Assembly (NCBI RefSeq): GCF_963921235.1
Contig: NC_086101.1
Span: 6,450,001 to 6,514,000, forward strand
Source: Mobula hypostoma
Lineage: Eukaryota
Length of the DNA: 64,000 nt
Direction: 5' to 3'
Shown here piece by piece: positions 13,701 to 26,915 of the stretch. The position numbers were made by a program, and so were the translations under genes. How positions within the stretch are numbered: the first letter of the stretch is position 1; each line of letters starts with the position of its first letter. The notes beneath the pieces were generated by a model that saw only the letters and a list, made by a program, of their open reading frames with translations, made no database searches and was not told where the DNA came from.

Positions 13701-14359
13701 CCCTTATGGGGTCCATGGTGTAAGAAAGGTTGAGAACCCCTGTCCTGGACCACTTCTGTATGCTTTTATGCATTGAGTTGCTGCCACATGATTGGCTGAT
13801 TAGACATGAGTAGGTGTCCAGGAGTAGCTTAGTGGCCACTGAGTATTGAATAGACTCTGAGGTAGGCACATGGATGTTAAAAAAAAAACGGATGTTAAGA
13901 TGGAGGGTTAGGTTGATCGTGGAGTAGGCTTACATAGGTCAGCACAACAACATGGGCTGAAGGGCTTGTAACTTCTGTACTGTTCTATGTTCTGTTCGCT
14001 AAGGGAGGACGTTGGATGAATATCTGGAGAACTCTATGTCGGAACAGACTCGATGGGCCAAGTAGCCTAATTCTGCTCTTATGTCTTTTGCTCATTTTTA
14101 AGTTTATGTCAGCGGACTGGGGAATCTGTGTTAAGGACTCACTCCCTGGTCCTCTGTCATATTCTACCTGGTTATGCTTGTACACCTTATTTTCTAGCCA
14201 TTGCACATCACTTTCTCTGTAGCGAATACAATTTATTTTGAATTCTGTTGTTGTTTTACTGTGCACTACCTCAGTGCTCTGTGTAATGGTGAACAGTATG
14301 CAAGACAAATTTTTTTCTGTATCGTGGTACAAGTGACAATAATAAACAAAGACAGACAC

Positions 14360-14630
14360 CAAGCTTCAGGGATGCAATCTTGGAGGAACTCCCCCCTGGG
14401 TGTTCCCATGCCGGGCTGTGAAAGGAGGAGGACTGGGCAACCCACCCAATAAAAATCCAGATCTACAGAAACGCCAACAGAAGCTCCAAAGCCATCAGCC
14501 ATGAGAGAGGATGCATACACCAAGAAAAAGGGCTATACTTCGTTAATGAATGACCTGGGGCGGAGGGCTCTGGGAGATGCTGTTGGCAGCCAATGCGCCA
14601 GTAAGGTTAATGGGCTTAAGAAGAAGAAGA
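14360..14630 (+). mobile_element. Short RTE-type non-autonomous retroelement; related copy at ~58328-58580 (-)
   Basis: RTE-like 3' end with a short (AAG)n tail; internal CAACAGAAGCTCCAAAG-like block shared with the 58.4-kb copy. Confidence 0.5.
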
Positions 14631-14772
14631 ACTTTGGAGAAGATTTAAACTGAAACTGAGGCCGTACTTGGTCGGTCAGGTGAATGTTGAAGAATGCAGG
14701 GTACTGAATGAGAATCAGAATCAGGTTTATTATCACTGCTGTGTCTGAACATTGAAGGCAAGACAGTGGCCT

Positions 14773-14870
14773 TGTTTTACGGCAGTTGGTACCCAGCTTA
14801 ATGGTGCATTACCGCCACCTTCTGCTCCATAGTGTGCAACAGACTTACATTCTAAATCCCTTCACCCAAT

Positions 14871-14917
<47 letters not shown>

Positions 14918-16140
14918 ACCCTAACCTACACTTTATCCTCCCATCTTCGGCCGTCCTAGTCCCCTATTCCTGCTTATCCATCGTATCCTATAAAAAACCC
15001 TGTACCCCTTAAGAAAGCTAAAAATACCCTGACCTGTGCTCTCTCACCCATGCCCAGCAACCCTTTTAATGTGAATTCCTGCATCCCCAACTCCCTTACT
15101 TTAATTCTCAACATCTCTCTCTGTATCCCATACTTCCTGCAACTCAGAACTACATGTTCTACTGACTCCTCTTCCTGACATTCCTCACACAATCCTGTCT
15201 GGTGTTTCCCTATCATTTTCAATGTTTTGTTTAATGCACAGTGCCCCAGCCTTAACCTAGTCCACACAGTTTCCTCTCTTCTGTATACGTCACCTACCCT
15301 AGTACCTGCAACACTTTTTTGTATTTGATATACGTTTGTAAATGCCTCCCTTTCCCCTCCCTGTCCCATTTTTTCTTGCCGCATTTGGTTGATTTTTTTC
15401 CCAGATTACACACTTAACATCTGCTTTACTGATACTACTGTGTATTTTTACATTTTCTTTCCTTAACACCCTCTTTGCCAACTCATCCACCCTCTCATTC
15501 CCCTTCACCCCTACATGTGCTGGAACCCATAGAAATTTTACCTGACCTCCCTGATTATCAATTCTTGCAACTAACTGAAGGACTTCATAAAGTACATCTT
15601 GCTGACTGTTTGAGTGAAAAGACCTTAAACTTGCTAGAACTGAGGATGAATCTGAGCATATCAACACTGACTTGTCTAGCTTTCTCCACCCATCGCAACG
15701 CAACCAACACTGCCAGCATCTCCACTGTAAACACCCCTAACTTATTAGATGTTCTTCTGCTGATTCCAGTTTCTTTTGCTGGTATAGCCACCCCAAACCC
15801 TGTCACTCCTGTTTCAGGTTCCTTAGCCCCATCCATATAAATCTGAGTATAATCACTATACTTTTCCATCACATGACAGTTAAATGCACTTACCAAATCA
15901 ATTTTATAGTTTCCTTTCCTTTTTACCTCTACAAATGCCAGTCTACGTCAGGTCATACAATCTTCCATGGAGCTACAACCAGATAAACTACTGAAGGATT
16001 TATCCTTAGATCAAACAATCCACATTCTTTCGCGATATCATTCCCGACCCGACTAAAGTCATCCCTCTGAAAGCTCCCATTTTCCCAGCACTCCTGCAAC
16101 ACTTCTTTTGCAGGGTGAGAATCAGTGGCTTTGTTAGGAT
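14773..16140 (-). mobile_element. Nimb/I-clade LINE 3' part with RNase H and C-terminal zinc knuckle
   Basis: IYMDGAK, ICSDS and WVPAHVGVKGNERVDELAK (RNase H); RLRLGH...CEECQEEESVEHVVLSC (CCHC); frameshifted; (CA)n at ~14874-14915. Confidence 0.85.
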
Positions 16141-16151
16141 GGTCATAATAA

Positions 16152-16385
16152 TGAGAACGTTCCTGTATCTCCTCCCAGATGGTAGTAATAATGAGAACAC
16201 TCTCGCACATCCTCCCTGATGGTAGTAATAATCAGAACACTCCTGTACCTCCTCCCCGATGATAGTAATGGGAATGCTCCTGTGCCTCCTCCCTGATGGT
16301 AGTAATAGTGAGAACAGTCCTGTACCTCCTCCCTGATGGTAATGAGAACACTCCTGTATCTCCTCTCTGATGGTGGTAATAATGA
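16152..16385. repeat. 34-40-bp degenerate minisatellite, about 6 copies
   Basis: Unit TGAGAACACTCCTGTACCTCCTCCCTGATGGTAGTAA(TAA). Confidence 0.88.
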
Positions 16386-17949
16386 ACACAGCCAAACAAA
16401 TGCTGTTTTGCTTGACTGTATTCATGTGTCTGTTTGAACAACTATTAAATTTGAACTTGAAGAGGGCATGTCCTGGGTGAAGAGGGTCCACCATGATGGA
16501 TGCCACCTTCTTGAGGTATTGCCCTTTGAAGGTGTGCTCGATGCTGGGGAGCCCAGTGCCCATGATGGAGCTGACTGAGTTTACAACTTTCTGCACACAA
16601 AATAATCTGCAGATACTGGGGTCAAAGCAACACTCACAACACGCTGGAGGAACTCAGCAGGTTGGGCAGCATCAGTGGAAAAGATCGGTCGATGTTTCGG
16701 ACTGGAACCCTTCGTCCATAACAGACGGTGATGCAATTAGTCAAAATGTTCTGCATGGTACATCTTAGAAACTTTTTAGCCTTTGGTGATCGACCAAGTC
16801 TCCTCAAACGCCCAATGAAATATAGCTAATGTTTTGGCTTCTTGTGTTTACATCAATATGTTGGGTCCAGGATTGATCTTCGGACACGGTGACCCCAGAA
16901 ACTTGAAGCTGCTCATCATTTCCAGTGCCAATCCCTCGATGAGGACTGGTGTGTGTTCCCTCCACTTCCCCTTCCTGAAGCCCACAATCAATTCCTAGGT
17001 CTTACTGAGTGCAAAGTTGTTGTTTGGACGCCAAACAGCTGATCTGCCTCACCCCTGTTCTCACCTCGTCACCGTTTGAGACTCTGCCGACAGCAGTTAG
17101 TTGTGTCATTGGTAAATTGATGGAAACTGTGAACAGGTTCACAGAACGTAGAACATAGAATAGTACAGCACAGTACAGGCCCTTCAGCCCACAATGTTGT
17201 GCCGGCCCTTAAACTTTGCCTCCCATATAACCCCCCACCTTAAATTCCTCCATATACCTGCTCCTATTCCAGGAATAGGAACTTATAGATTCAGGCTCTG
17301 AAAAAGAGCAGGAAGAGCAATGCCAGAAACAGCAGAAATTCTGCCGATGCTGGAATTCCAGAGTAACTCCGGCAAAATGCCGACAGCCAAGCAGTACCTA
17401 AGGAGAGGGATAAACAGTCAGCATTTGGGACCGAGCCCCTTCCTCAGGACCTAATATGGATTTTCTATCTTTATTCAAGATTGTTTAATGTCATTTCCAG
17501 TACCCAAGTGTAAAGGAGAACAATATCATTGTTCCTTCGGATCTGATGTAGTGCAAAAAAACCCAAAAATCACAATAAATATAAATACATAAGATAGCCT
17601 ATGTACATAGATTATCTGTGTGTCCATAAGGTGATGCTAGTCTGTACATAAGGAAATAATAAAGTGGTGGTGGAGTTAGTGGGTGGAGGTGTTGATCAGA
17701 CTTACTGCTTGGGGAAAGTAACTGTTTTTGAGTCTGGTGTTCCTGGCCTGGATGCTACGCAGCCTTTAACTGAGGGGAGTGGGACAAACAGTTCATGGGC
17801 CTTGAATGCGGGATCTTTCATGATGTTACTGGCCCCTTTCCGTATATGTCCTTGGCACATGGATAGACTGTTTCTTCAATTCCGTAAACACTGCCTGACC
17901 TACTGAGCAAGGCGTGTGTCTGTGGCTCCATTCTCACCCTGCTATTTGT

Positions 17950-19250
17950 TTAAAACAACTTTGCGTGAATGTCCAACACAGCAAATAATATTTCATTGGC
18001 TGCAGAGGTGTTTACTATTTCCTGAGGTCGCGAAGGGTATCATTTAAACGTCAGTACTTTTATTCATTTATTTATATCCCCCCGACATAAAATCGCAATG
18101 TAAAATTCTCCTCTCGAATGAGTTCAGCTGGTGGAATCAACAATCTATACTGGGGTCACATGAAAAAAAACTCACCCCGCCCTCTGCCTATTCTGTGAAC
18201 ACTGTTCCGTTTTGCCTTCCGTCAACGAGTTATAGGCGTGTCTCTTTTCAATGTAAACATTTTTTTTGTAACCCGTGCCTCGGCGGGGATATCTCCCTTC
18301 TCCTGACCTTGCACATGTAGGTTTGCTGACATTTGATATTAAAGGGCCGGACATACCATTGCAACCGAGGGCAAATAGAAGCAGTTTGAAGGCGAGGTAA
18401 AAAAAAGTCGGGTGCTAACCAGTGATAAAAAAAATTGACCGAACCGCCCTGACGTTAACCTAATTCGAAGAAAACCACAAAGGGCTTGTATGTGCGATTA
18501 TCCTGGATTTTTTTTTGTATTTGTAAGGAAAACATTCTCCCTCAGTGGAGGGTGAACACTGAAGTTCCATTTCACTTATCGGAGCTCTCTTTTGTTTAAC
18601 GCCTCCATCGCCGGCAGAAACTCCTGCACGTTTCCATCATCCACTCTAATTTGAACACACACGCACGCAGGAACCAGACAGAGGCGCCGGTGAACTCTAA
18701 ACTCTCCTGCCAGTTCCTTACATCCGACTCCAGCACCCCCTTGGCAGCTGGGAGGAGAGAAAACTGCAACTGAGAATATTTTCTTTTCGGATTGTTTGTT
18801 TATAAATGCTCCCTTTACTGCGATAAATGTTTCCCAGAAAAGGCTTATCATGATGCTGACGGCATCCACGCGCCTGCTGGTGAGTTTCTGATGGTCATTT
18901 AATTCCGGGTTGTTGCTCGTTACATTTGTAACAAGATTTGGTTTAACTTTAAGGGGAGGAAGTACGAAATGTTACACATTGTAGCCTGTACACCAGTCGG
19001 TTGCCTAAAAACTCTCCGCTGCCTTCGCATACCTGCGGCCGCTGGGAGACGGTTTCTGCAGCGGGCATTGAAAACGTGTTGAATGTCACTCGCTGAGGTC
19101 ACAGTAAAGTTGCTGGCCACCCCCTCCATTTACTCTGACCTAGTGCGCTGGGCCGGGACAGTTTGAGTCTGTGAGGCATGAATTTCAACGCAGCCACGCC
19201 AACAATTGCACAAACGCAGAAAATATATAAACTGAATTTATAGCTTGTTT
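17950..19250. promoter_or_regulatory. CpG-enriched, TE-free promoter and first-exon region of the CRAT-like gene
   Basis: Many CpGs against a CpG-depleted background. GC boxes CCGCCC at ~18177 and 18444-18449, TGACG half-site at 18450, nuclear-receptor-type TGACCTTG at 18304-18311. Contains exon 1. Confidence 0.6.
18850..18879 (+). CDS. CRAT: CRAT-like exon 1 (MMLTASTRLL)
   Basis: ATG in a CpG-rich, TE-free region, strong donor CTG|gtgagt, phase 0 matching exon 2. Resembles the short first exon MLAFAARTV of mammalian CRAT. Confidence 0.78.
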
Positions 19251-20039
19251 AATTGTTGTTTTAAAAATTGCACTGTAGTAGTTTAAGCGCAAGAATTCTG
19301 CAGATGCCGGAAATCCAGAGCAACACACACACAAAATGCTGCTGGAACTCAGCAAGTCAGACAACTGTGGAGGGGAACAGTCTACTTTTCGGCCAGGACC
19401 TTTCATCAGGACTCCTCTTGGCCTGAAACGTAGACTGTTTATCCCCCTCCATTGTTATAGTATCTTTGAGGGCTTGTGTACGTTGGAGTTGTGTACTATG
19501 GAATATTGAAAGGCCAAGATAGTGTGGATGTGGAGAGGATCTTTCCAATAGTGCGTGAGTCTAGGGTCAGAGGGCCCAGCCTCAGAATAGAGGGACCTAC
19601 ATTCACAACAGAGATGGGGAGGAATTTATTTAATCAGAGTGTGGTGAACCTGTTGAACTCATTGCTACAGATGCCTGTGGATGTCAAGTCATTGGATGTA
19701 TTTAAAGCGGAGGTTGATAGGTTCTTGATTAGACCGGGCATCAAAGATTACGGAAAGAAGGCAGGAGAATGGGGTTGAGAAGGAAAATAAATCAGCTGGG
19801 ATAGAATGGGAAAGCAGACTCGATAGGCTGAATGGCCTAATTCTGATCCTATGAATCCCAGCAGCTGTACAAAATGAAGTGGACACGGGCGGGATTCATT
19901 GAGGGTAATGAAAAACCCTCAGATACACCCACACAAAAAAAAAATTCATGGTGAAAATAAAACTGCGAATGCTGGCAATCTGAAATGGAAGCAAGCAAAC
20001 AAAAAATAACACTGGGCACGGTTGTTTCTGCAGAACCTT

Positions 20040-20415
20040 CTGCACGGTAGTGTGGCGCTCAGCAAGATGCTATTACAGCTCGGGTGTCAGAGATCATTTC
20101 CCGTGTCCTCTGTAAGAATTTTTGTACGTTCTTCCCGTGAGCGCAGGGGTTTTCTCGGGGTGCTCCGGTTTCCTCCCACAGACATACTGGTTAGTCTGTG
20201 TAACTTGTTCTGAGTTAGTCTGTGTAAATTGTTCTGAGTTAGTCTGTGTAAATTGTCCTGTGTTAGTCTGTGTAACTTGTCCTGTGTTAGTCTGTGTAAC
20301 TTGTCCTGTGTTAGTCTGTGTAACTTGTCCTGTATTAGGCTAGGGTGGGGTGCTGGGCAGTGTGACTCGTTGGGCCAGAAGGACCTGTTCTGTGCTGTAT
20401 CTCTCAATAAATAAT
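20040..20415 (+). mobile_element. V-domain tRNA-derived SINE with an internal 24-bp tandem array (20190-20333). The family also occurs at ~6035, 23915, 26145, 36275, 38825, 50670 and 59620 (+) and ~4535, 31660, 38450, 48960 and 54515 (-)
   Basis: tRNA-like head, GGGTGCTCCGGTTTCCTCCCACA core, AATAAAT tail; unit GTTAGTCTGTGTAACTTGTCCTGT x6. Confidence 0.8.
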
Positions 20416-22794
20416 TAAGTCACTCTTTATCCATGTACCATGTTCCCAGGTCCATGATTTAGACCAATTTTAAAAGATGATTCTTTTTTTTAAGCTGCTT
20501 CACAAACGTTGCCTGGCATTGTTTTTATTCTGGGATTTTGGTAACTGTGTGTGGATTTTGTTTTGAAGTTCCCCACAGTCAGAAGCCTCAGGGTGGAGGG
20601 CATTATAACCACACACACAAAATGCTGAAGGAACTTATTAGGTCAGGCAGTGTCTATGGAGGGAGATGCATTTAGTCTTAGAATGGCTGCACCGTAGCTT
20701 CCGACTAATAGAATAGAACATTGTGAGCCAGGCCCTTCAGCACATCCAGTCTGTGCTGACCACAGTGCCCAGCCAGCTAATCCCAATTTCCTGCATTCGG
20801 CTGATATCCTTCCAAGCCCCCTCCGTCCACTTATCTGTCCAAGTGCCTTTTAGATGGTACTATTGAACCTGCCTCAACCACTTCCTGTGGCAGCTTGTTC
20901 CATACACTCCCTGCACCTTGCATAAAGATGTTGAACTTTAGGTTCCTCCTAAATCCTTCCCCTTTCACCCTAAACCTATGCCCCCTAGTTTGGACTCCAC
21001 GGCCCTGGGGAAACACTGTTACTGTACGTTATCCTTCTGTTGATCAGGCTTGACCGTGGATGCTGCGTCCCAGCTGCCCAAGTCAGAGCAGAATGATTTG
21101 GAGAGCAAGGCGTTGCCCGAGCAGCAGACTCTTTCCCCCCTCCAGGCATCCAAAGTAACGGCAGAGGCGGACATTTTGGCAGAAGCAGTGCCACAGGAAT
21201 TGCCAGTCAGCACTGAACTCTGTGTAGGCACTCCAGTTCTGGACTTTTCCCCAGGGGGCTCGCTTGGAGGCCTTCCCCATGAGTGGGTGAAGCCGCAACG
21301 CAGTGGAGGTTTGAGATCAGAATTCTTTTTCTGCTGGGCTTAGTAGCTAAGTCACACGAGAAGGCCAGGAGCTGGGTGGCTGTCTGAAGCTATTTGAGGC
21401 GCTCACTGCTGGGAGCTTTAATAGGTAATGGGAGCTTGACACCCTTACCTCTCCCCCAGTTATAGTAGCCTTAAAGAACCATACCTTAATTCTGGCTCAA
21501 ATAATTTTCAACACTTTAAGGTCAACCCTCATTCCCTTCCAGTTCCAACAAAATGAGTCAGTCTGCAGCGTGTTGAGGGAGCTGGGTGCAGTGGATGTGG
21601 TGAGGATGTTTCCAGTCATGGGGGAGTCTGGGACCAGACGGTGCAGAGAAGAGCAGGGCGTTCTTTAGCCAGCGGGTGGTTAATGTGGAATTCCTCATCA
21701 CAGACTGCCGTATTTACCAGGTTATTGGCTATATTTAAAGTGGAGGTTGATAGGTTCTTCATTCGTAATAGCAACAAAGGTTAGCAGGAAGAAGGCAGGA
21801 GAATGGGGTTGAAAGGATTAATAAATCAGCCATGATGGAAGGCTGGAGCAGACTCGATGGGCCAAATAGCCTAATGTCCTATGTCTTATGGTCTTACACC
21901 CCAAATGTTTTTTGGAAGTGAATGACCATATGAGCAACAATTGGTGTGATTTGTTTTTAACGTCAGTTTAGAGTTGCAATGTAGGAGCTTGCGTTTTGCC
22001 CAAAAAGGACTTTTGGCAAGGATGTGAGGCAGAATGTGCATATTGATGTGAAATTATGCAGCAAAATTCTGGAAACTGTGTTCAAATATTAGTGAGGAGT
22101 GAATTAGAATCAGGTTTATTGTCACTGGCATATATCGTGAATTTTGTTGTTTGCGGCAGCAGTGCAGTACATGAAAATTGCAGCACAGATTCTGCAGATG
22201 CTGGAAATGCACAGTTACACACCCAAAATGCTGGAGGAACTCAGCAGGTCAGACAGCATCTGCAAATGAATAAACATTTGATGGTTTTGGGCTGAGACCT
22301 CCATCAGGGCTGGAAAGTAAGGGGGAAGAAATTGGAATAAGAGGGGAAAAGACGGAAGGGGTTGCGAGCTCATAGCTGGTACAGCATGCCCATAACCGTA
22401 CGCCTTTGGAATGTGGGAGAAAACTGCAGCACCCGGAAGAAACCCACGTGCTCATGGAGACTGTGTGCAGTTGAACCCCAAACTGTGATCACTGGTGTCT
22501 TAAAGGAAGGGGGAAGAAGCTGGTATGACAAGGGAAGGAGTACAGGCTGGCTGGTGATAGGTGAGACCAAGTAAAGGGAGGTGGGTGGCTATAGAGGGCA
22601 GATGATGTGAGAAGCTGGGAGGTGATGGGTGGGAAAGGTAAAGGATTGAGAAGAAAAGAGGTAGTGTTTATGGCAGGACAATGGGGGAGAGAGGGATAAT
22701 AAATCAAACTGATGGAATAGCAGAGAAGACTCGATGGGCTGAATGAATTCTTTTCCTATGTCTGAACGTCTTCCTGAACCATTCTGAAATAAGA

Positions 22795-23650
22795 CTGAGA
22801 CCTTAACATACTGGAGCAGAATTAGGCCATTGTTGAGTCTGCACTGCCCTTTAATCATGGCTAGTCCATTTTCCCTCTCAGCCCCAATCTCCTGCCTTCT
22901 CCCCGTATCCCTTCATGCCCTGAGTAATCAAGAATTCATCAACCTCTACCTCGAATATACCCAACGACTTGGCCTCCACAGCCGCCTGTGGCGGTGAATT
23001 CCACAGATCACCACTCAGGTTAAAGAAACTCCTCCTCATCTCCATTCTAAAAGGATGCCCCCTACTTTGAGGCTGTGTCCTCTGGTCTTAGACTCTCCCA
23101 CCGTAGGAAACATCCTCTCCACATCCGCTCTGTTAAGAGCTTTCACCTTTCAATAGGTTGCAATGAGGTCACCCCCCCCCCCCCCATTCTTCTAAAATCT
23201 AGTGAGTACAGGCCCAGAGCTATCAGGCGCTCTGCATGTGACAAGCCGTTTAATCCTGGTATCATTTTTGTAAACCCCCTTTCAACCCTCTTCCGTTTTA
23301 CAGTTTCCTTTCTAAGATAGGGGGCCCAAAACTGCTGAATACAAGTGAGGCATCACCAGTGCTTTATAAAGTCTCAACTTTACATCCTTGCTTTTATGCT
23401 CTAGGCCTCTTGAAAGGAATGCTAACATTGCATTTGCCTTTCTCACCACCAACTCAATCTGCAAATTAACCTCCATGGAATCTTGTACAAGGACTCCCAA
23501 GTTCCTTTGTGCCTCAGAGTTTTGAATTTTCTCTTCATTTAGAAAGTAGTCTACCCTTTTATTTCTTCTATTAAAGTGCATGACCATACCATACATTTCC
23601 GGACACTGTATTCCATCTGCCACTTTGCCCATTCTCCTAATCTCCGAGCG
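22795..23650 (-). mobile_element. CR1-type LINE 3' fragment
   Basis: LGVLVQDS...VVRKANAMLAF...LRLYKALVMPHL followed by a CR1 3' UTR. Confidence 0.82.
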
Positions 23651-25914
23651 TCTCTACTCCCTCATGATGGAGGATGGGAAGAAGCTGTTCCTGACGCATT
23701 GTGTGTGTGTGTTCAGGCTCTGATGGTAGTAATGAGAAGAAGGCATGTTTCAGGTGGTAAAGGTCTTTAATGATGGATGCAGCCTTCACTTTTTGAAGAT
23801 GTTCTTGATGGAGGGGAGGGTTGTGTTTGGAATAGAGCTGGCTGACTTTAAAAACTTCCTGCAGCCTTTTACGTTCTTCACTCTGGGTATAATACGTATG
23901 ACAATGTCAGCAGATAGCGCAATGCTATTACCACTCAGTATGCTGGAGTCTGGAGTCCATTCCAGCGCTGTCCGTAAGGAGTTTGTTCATTCTCCTTGTG
24001 AACCTTGGTGGTTTCCTCTGTGTGTCCGCCCTTGATGTACCAGTTAGTAGCTTGATTGATCATCATAAATCGTCCCGTGACTAGGCTAGTGTTAAACAGG
24101 TGAGATGCAGGGCACTGTGGCTCGTTGGGCCGCAAGGGCCTGTTCTACACTGTATTTCTAAATAAATAGGGTTTTTGTGTGTTGAGGTTAGTGTGTAAAG
24201 GCCTCTGGTTATAATCACAGTAATTGATTTATCCATCAGTAAATCTGATCATTCAGAATTATTTGGACACAGTTGGCCTTGCATTGCTCTGTTTGCTTAC
24301 TGTAGATAACTTAGGGCCAGACTGATTTACACCTAATAAACATGTTGGCAGGGAGACGTCAGACTTACCTAAGCTTATCCAAGGTGGAATGGCTGCCATT
24401 CTGGAATCCACACTCCACACTTTTGTTGAAAGGATATGGTTACCTAAAACTTGTTATTGTCACATAACACCATGAGGCATTGGATCAGAATGAGGCCATT
24501 CAGCCCATTGAGCCTGCTCTACCACTCCATCATGGCTGATTTATTATCCCTCTCAACCCCGTTTTTCCTGCTTTCTCCCCATAACCTTTGACACCCTGAC
24601 TAATCAAGAATCTGTTGACCTCTGCTTTAAACATACCCAATGACTTGGCTCCACAGCAATGAGTTCTATAGATTTACCATCCTCTGGTTAAAGAAATTCC
24701 TCCTCATCTCTGTCCTAGAGAGAGACCCTTACAGCTGAGGCTGGACCCTCTAGTCCTAGACTCCCACTATTGGAAACATACTCTCTACATCTACTCTATT
24801 TAGGCCTTTCAAAATTCTGTAGCTTTTATTGAGATCACCTCATTCTTCTGAACTCCAGCAGTTTCAAGAACCATGCATTAATGTTGCAACTCTCTAACGC
24901 TCTGGTTAGGCCACACTTGGAATATTGTGTTCAGTTCTGGTCACGTCATTATAGGAAGTATGTGAAGGTTTTGGAGAGGGTGCAGAGGAGATTCACCAGG
25001 ATTAGAGAGCGCATCTTATATGGATAGTTTGAGCAAGTTGGGGATTTTCTCTTTGGAGTGAAGGAGGATGAGAGGTGACTTGATAGAGGTGTCCAAAATG
25101 ATAAGAGGGATAGATCAAATAGATAACCACAAACTTTTTCGAGTGCTATCCAGACAGATCATGCCATGTATTGAGGTTGTAAAAAGAAAACAGAATGCAG
25201 AAGATAGTGTTACCGTTACAGAGAAAGTGCAGTCTAGGCAGACTGGTAAGTGCGAGGGCCACGATGAGGTAGACTGGAATACCAATAGTTCACTTTTTAG
25301 TGGATGTGAAGGCTTGGTGGCAGGACTAAAGACATAGAATGTTTTCTAAACAGGGAAAAATTCAAAAATTAGAACTGCAAAGGGACTTGGGAGTCCTAGT
25401 GCAGGACTCTCTAAAAGTTAACGCAGATTGAGATGGTGGTAAAGAAGGTGTTTACGTTCATTTTGAGAGTACTAGAATATAAAAGCAAGGATTTCTAAGG
25501 CATTGGAGAATTGTGAGTAGCACGCACAAAAATGCTGGAAGAGCTCAGCAGGTCAGGCAGCATCTATGGAGAGGAATAAAGAGCCAATGTTTCAGGGCCA
25601 GACCTTCCTTCAGTTTTCCAGCATCTGCAGATTCTCTTGTGCACAAAGAGTGTTGTGAGCAGTTTCGGGCCTCTCATGTAAGAAGGGATATGCTGGCATT
25701 GAAGAGCGTCCAGAGGAAGTTCACCAGAATAATCCTGGGAATAAAAGGGTTAACGTATGGGGGGTGTTTTGTTGGCTCCAGGCTTGTACTCATCACTGGA
25801 ATCCAGAAGAATTGGGGGGGGGGGGGAGGAATTTAATTAAAACCTCCTGAATATTGAAAGGCCTTGACAGAGTGGATGCCAAGAGGATGTTTGCAATAAT
25901 GGGAGAGTGTAGGA

Positions 25915-25994
25915 CAGGGGTCCCCAACCTTTCTCATATCATGGACCAATGCCATTAAGCAAGGGCTCCATGGACCCGAGGTTGAGCTCTCCTG
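25915..25994. mobile_element. 80-bp hAT MITE inserted into a CR1 fragment
   Basis: CAGGGGTCCCCAACC...CTCCTG ends, 8-bp TSD GTGTAGGA/GTCTAGGA. Confidence 0.8.
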
Positions 25995-26915
25995 GTCTAG
26001 GACCAGAGGGCAGAGGGTTCCCGATGATCTTCCCTCCCTCCCTCCTCTCATGCTCTCCTTCGTTATTGAACACAGTACGGGCCCTTCAGCACGCGATGTT
26101 GTGCCGAGCAGACTAACCCTTCCCTCCAGTCTTATCATCCTCAGCAACACAGTGGTTAGCTGTACAGTACAGACAGCCTGGGTTTGATTCCCGCCACTGC
26201 CTGTGGGAAGTTTGTGCATCCTCCCCGTGCCCGTGCGAGTATTCTCCCGGTGCTCTGGTTTTCTCCCACAATCCAAAGACCTACTGGTTGGTAGGTTAAT
26301 TGTTCATTATATATTGCCCTCTGATTAGGCTAGGATTAAACTGGGGGATTGCTGGGTGACGTGGCTCGAAGGGATGGAAGTGCCTATTCCGAGCTGTATC
26401 AAAATAAATTTAAAAAATAGGTAATGTATCTGCCTCTACCACCAACCCCGCCAGTGTGTTCCAGCCCCCATCATCTCTGGAAAAACTTATCTCTGACATC
26501 CCCCATTATACGTTCAGTTGGGGCCAGTTCATAGGCTATATTTAAGAGGGAGTTAGATATGGCCCTTGTGGCTAAAGGGATCAGGGGGTATGGAGGGAAG
26601 GCTGGTACAGGGTTCTGAGTTGGATGATCAGCCATGATCATACTGAATGGCGGTGCAGGCTCGAAGGGCCGAATGGCCGACTCCTGCACCTATTTTCTAT
26701 GTTTCTATGTTTCCAACACCTTCGAGTTATGCCTTCTCATATTAACTATTATCACCCTGGGAGACAGTCGCTGACTGACCACCCGAATGATGCCTCTTAT
26801 CTTGGTTATTGGTTGTACCCTCTTGTATTAGCTACTACCACCGTGGGAGCTGGTCCCTGGCTGACGACTCGATTTTTGCCTCTTTGCTGCTTTAACGCTT
26901 CTTCCTTTATTGCAG

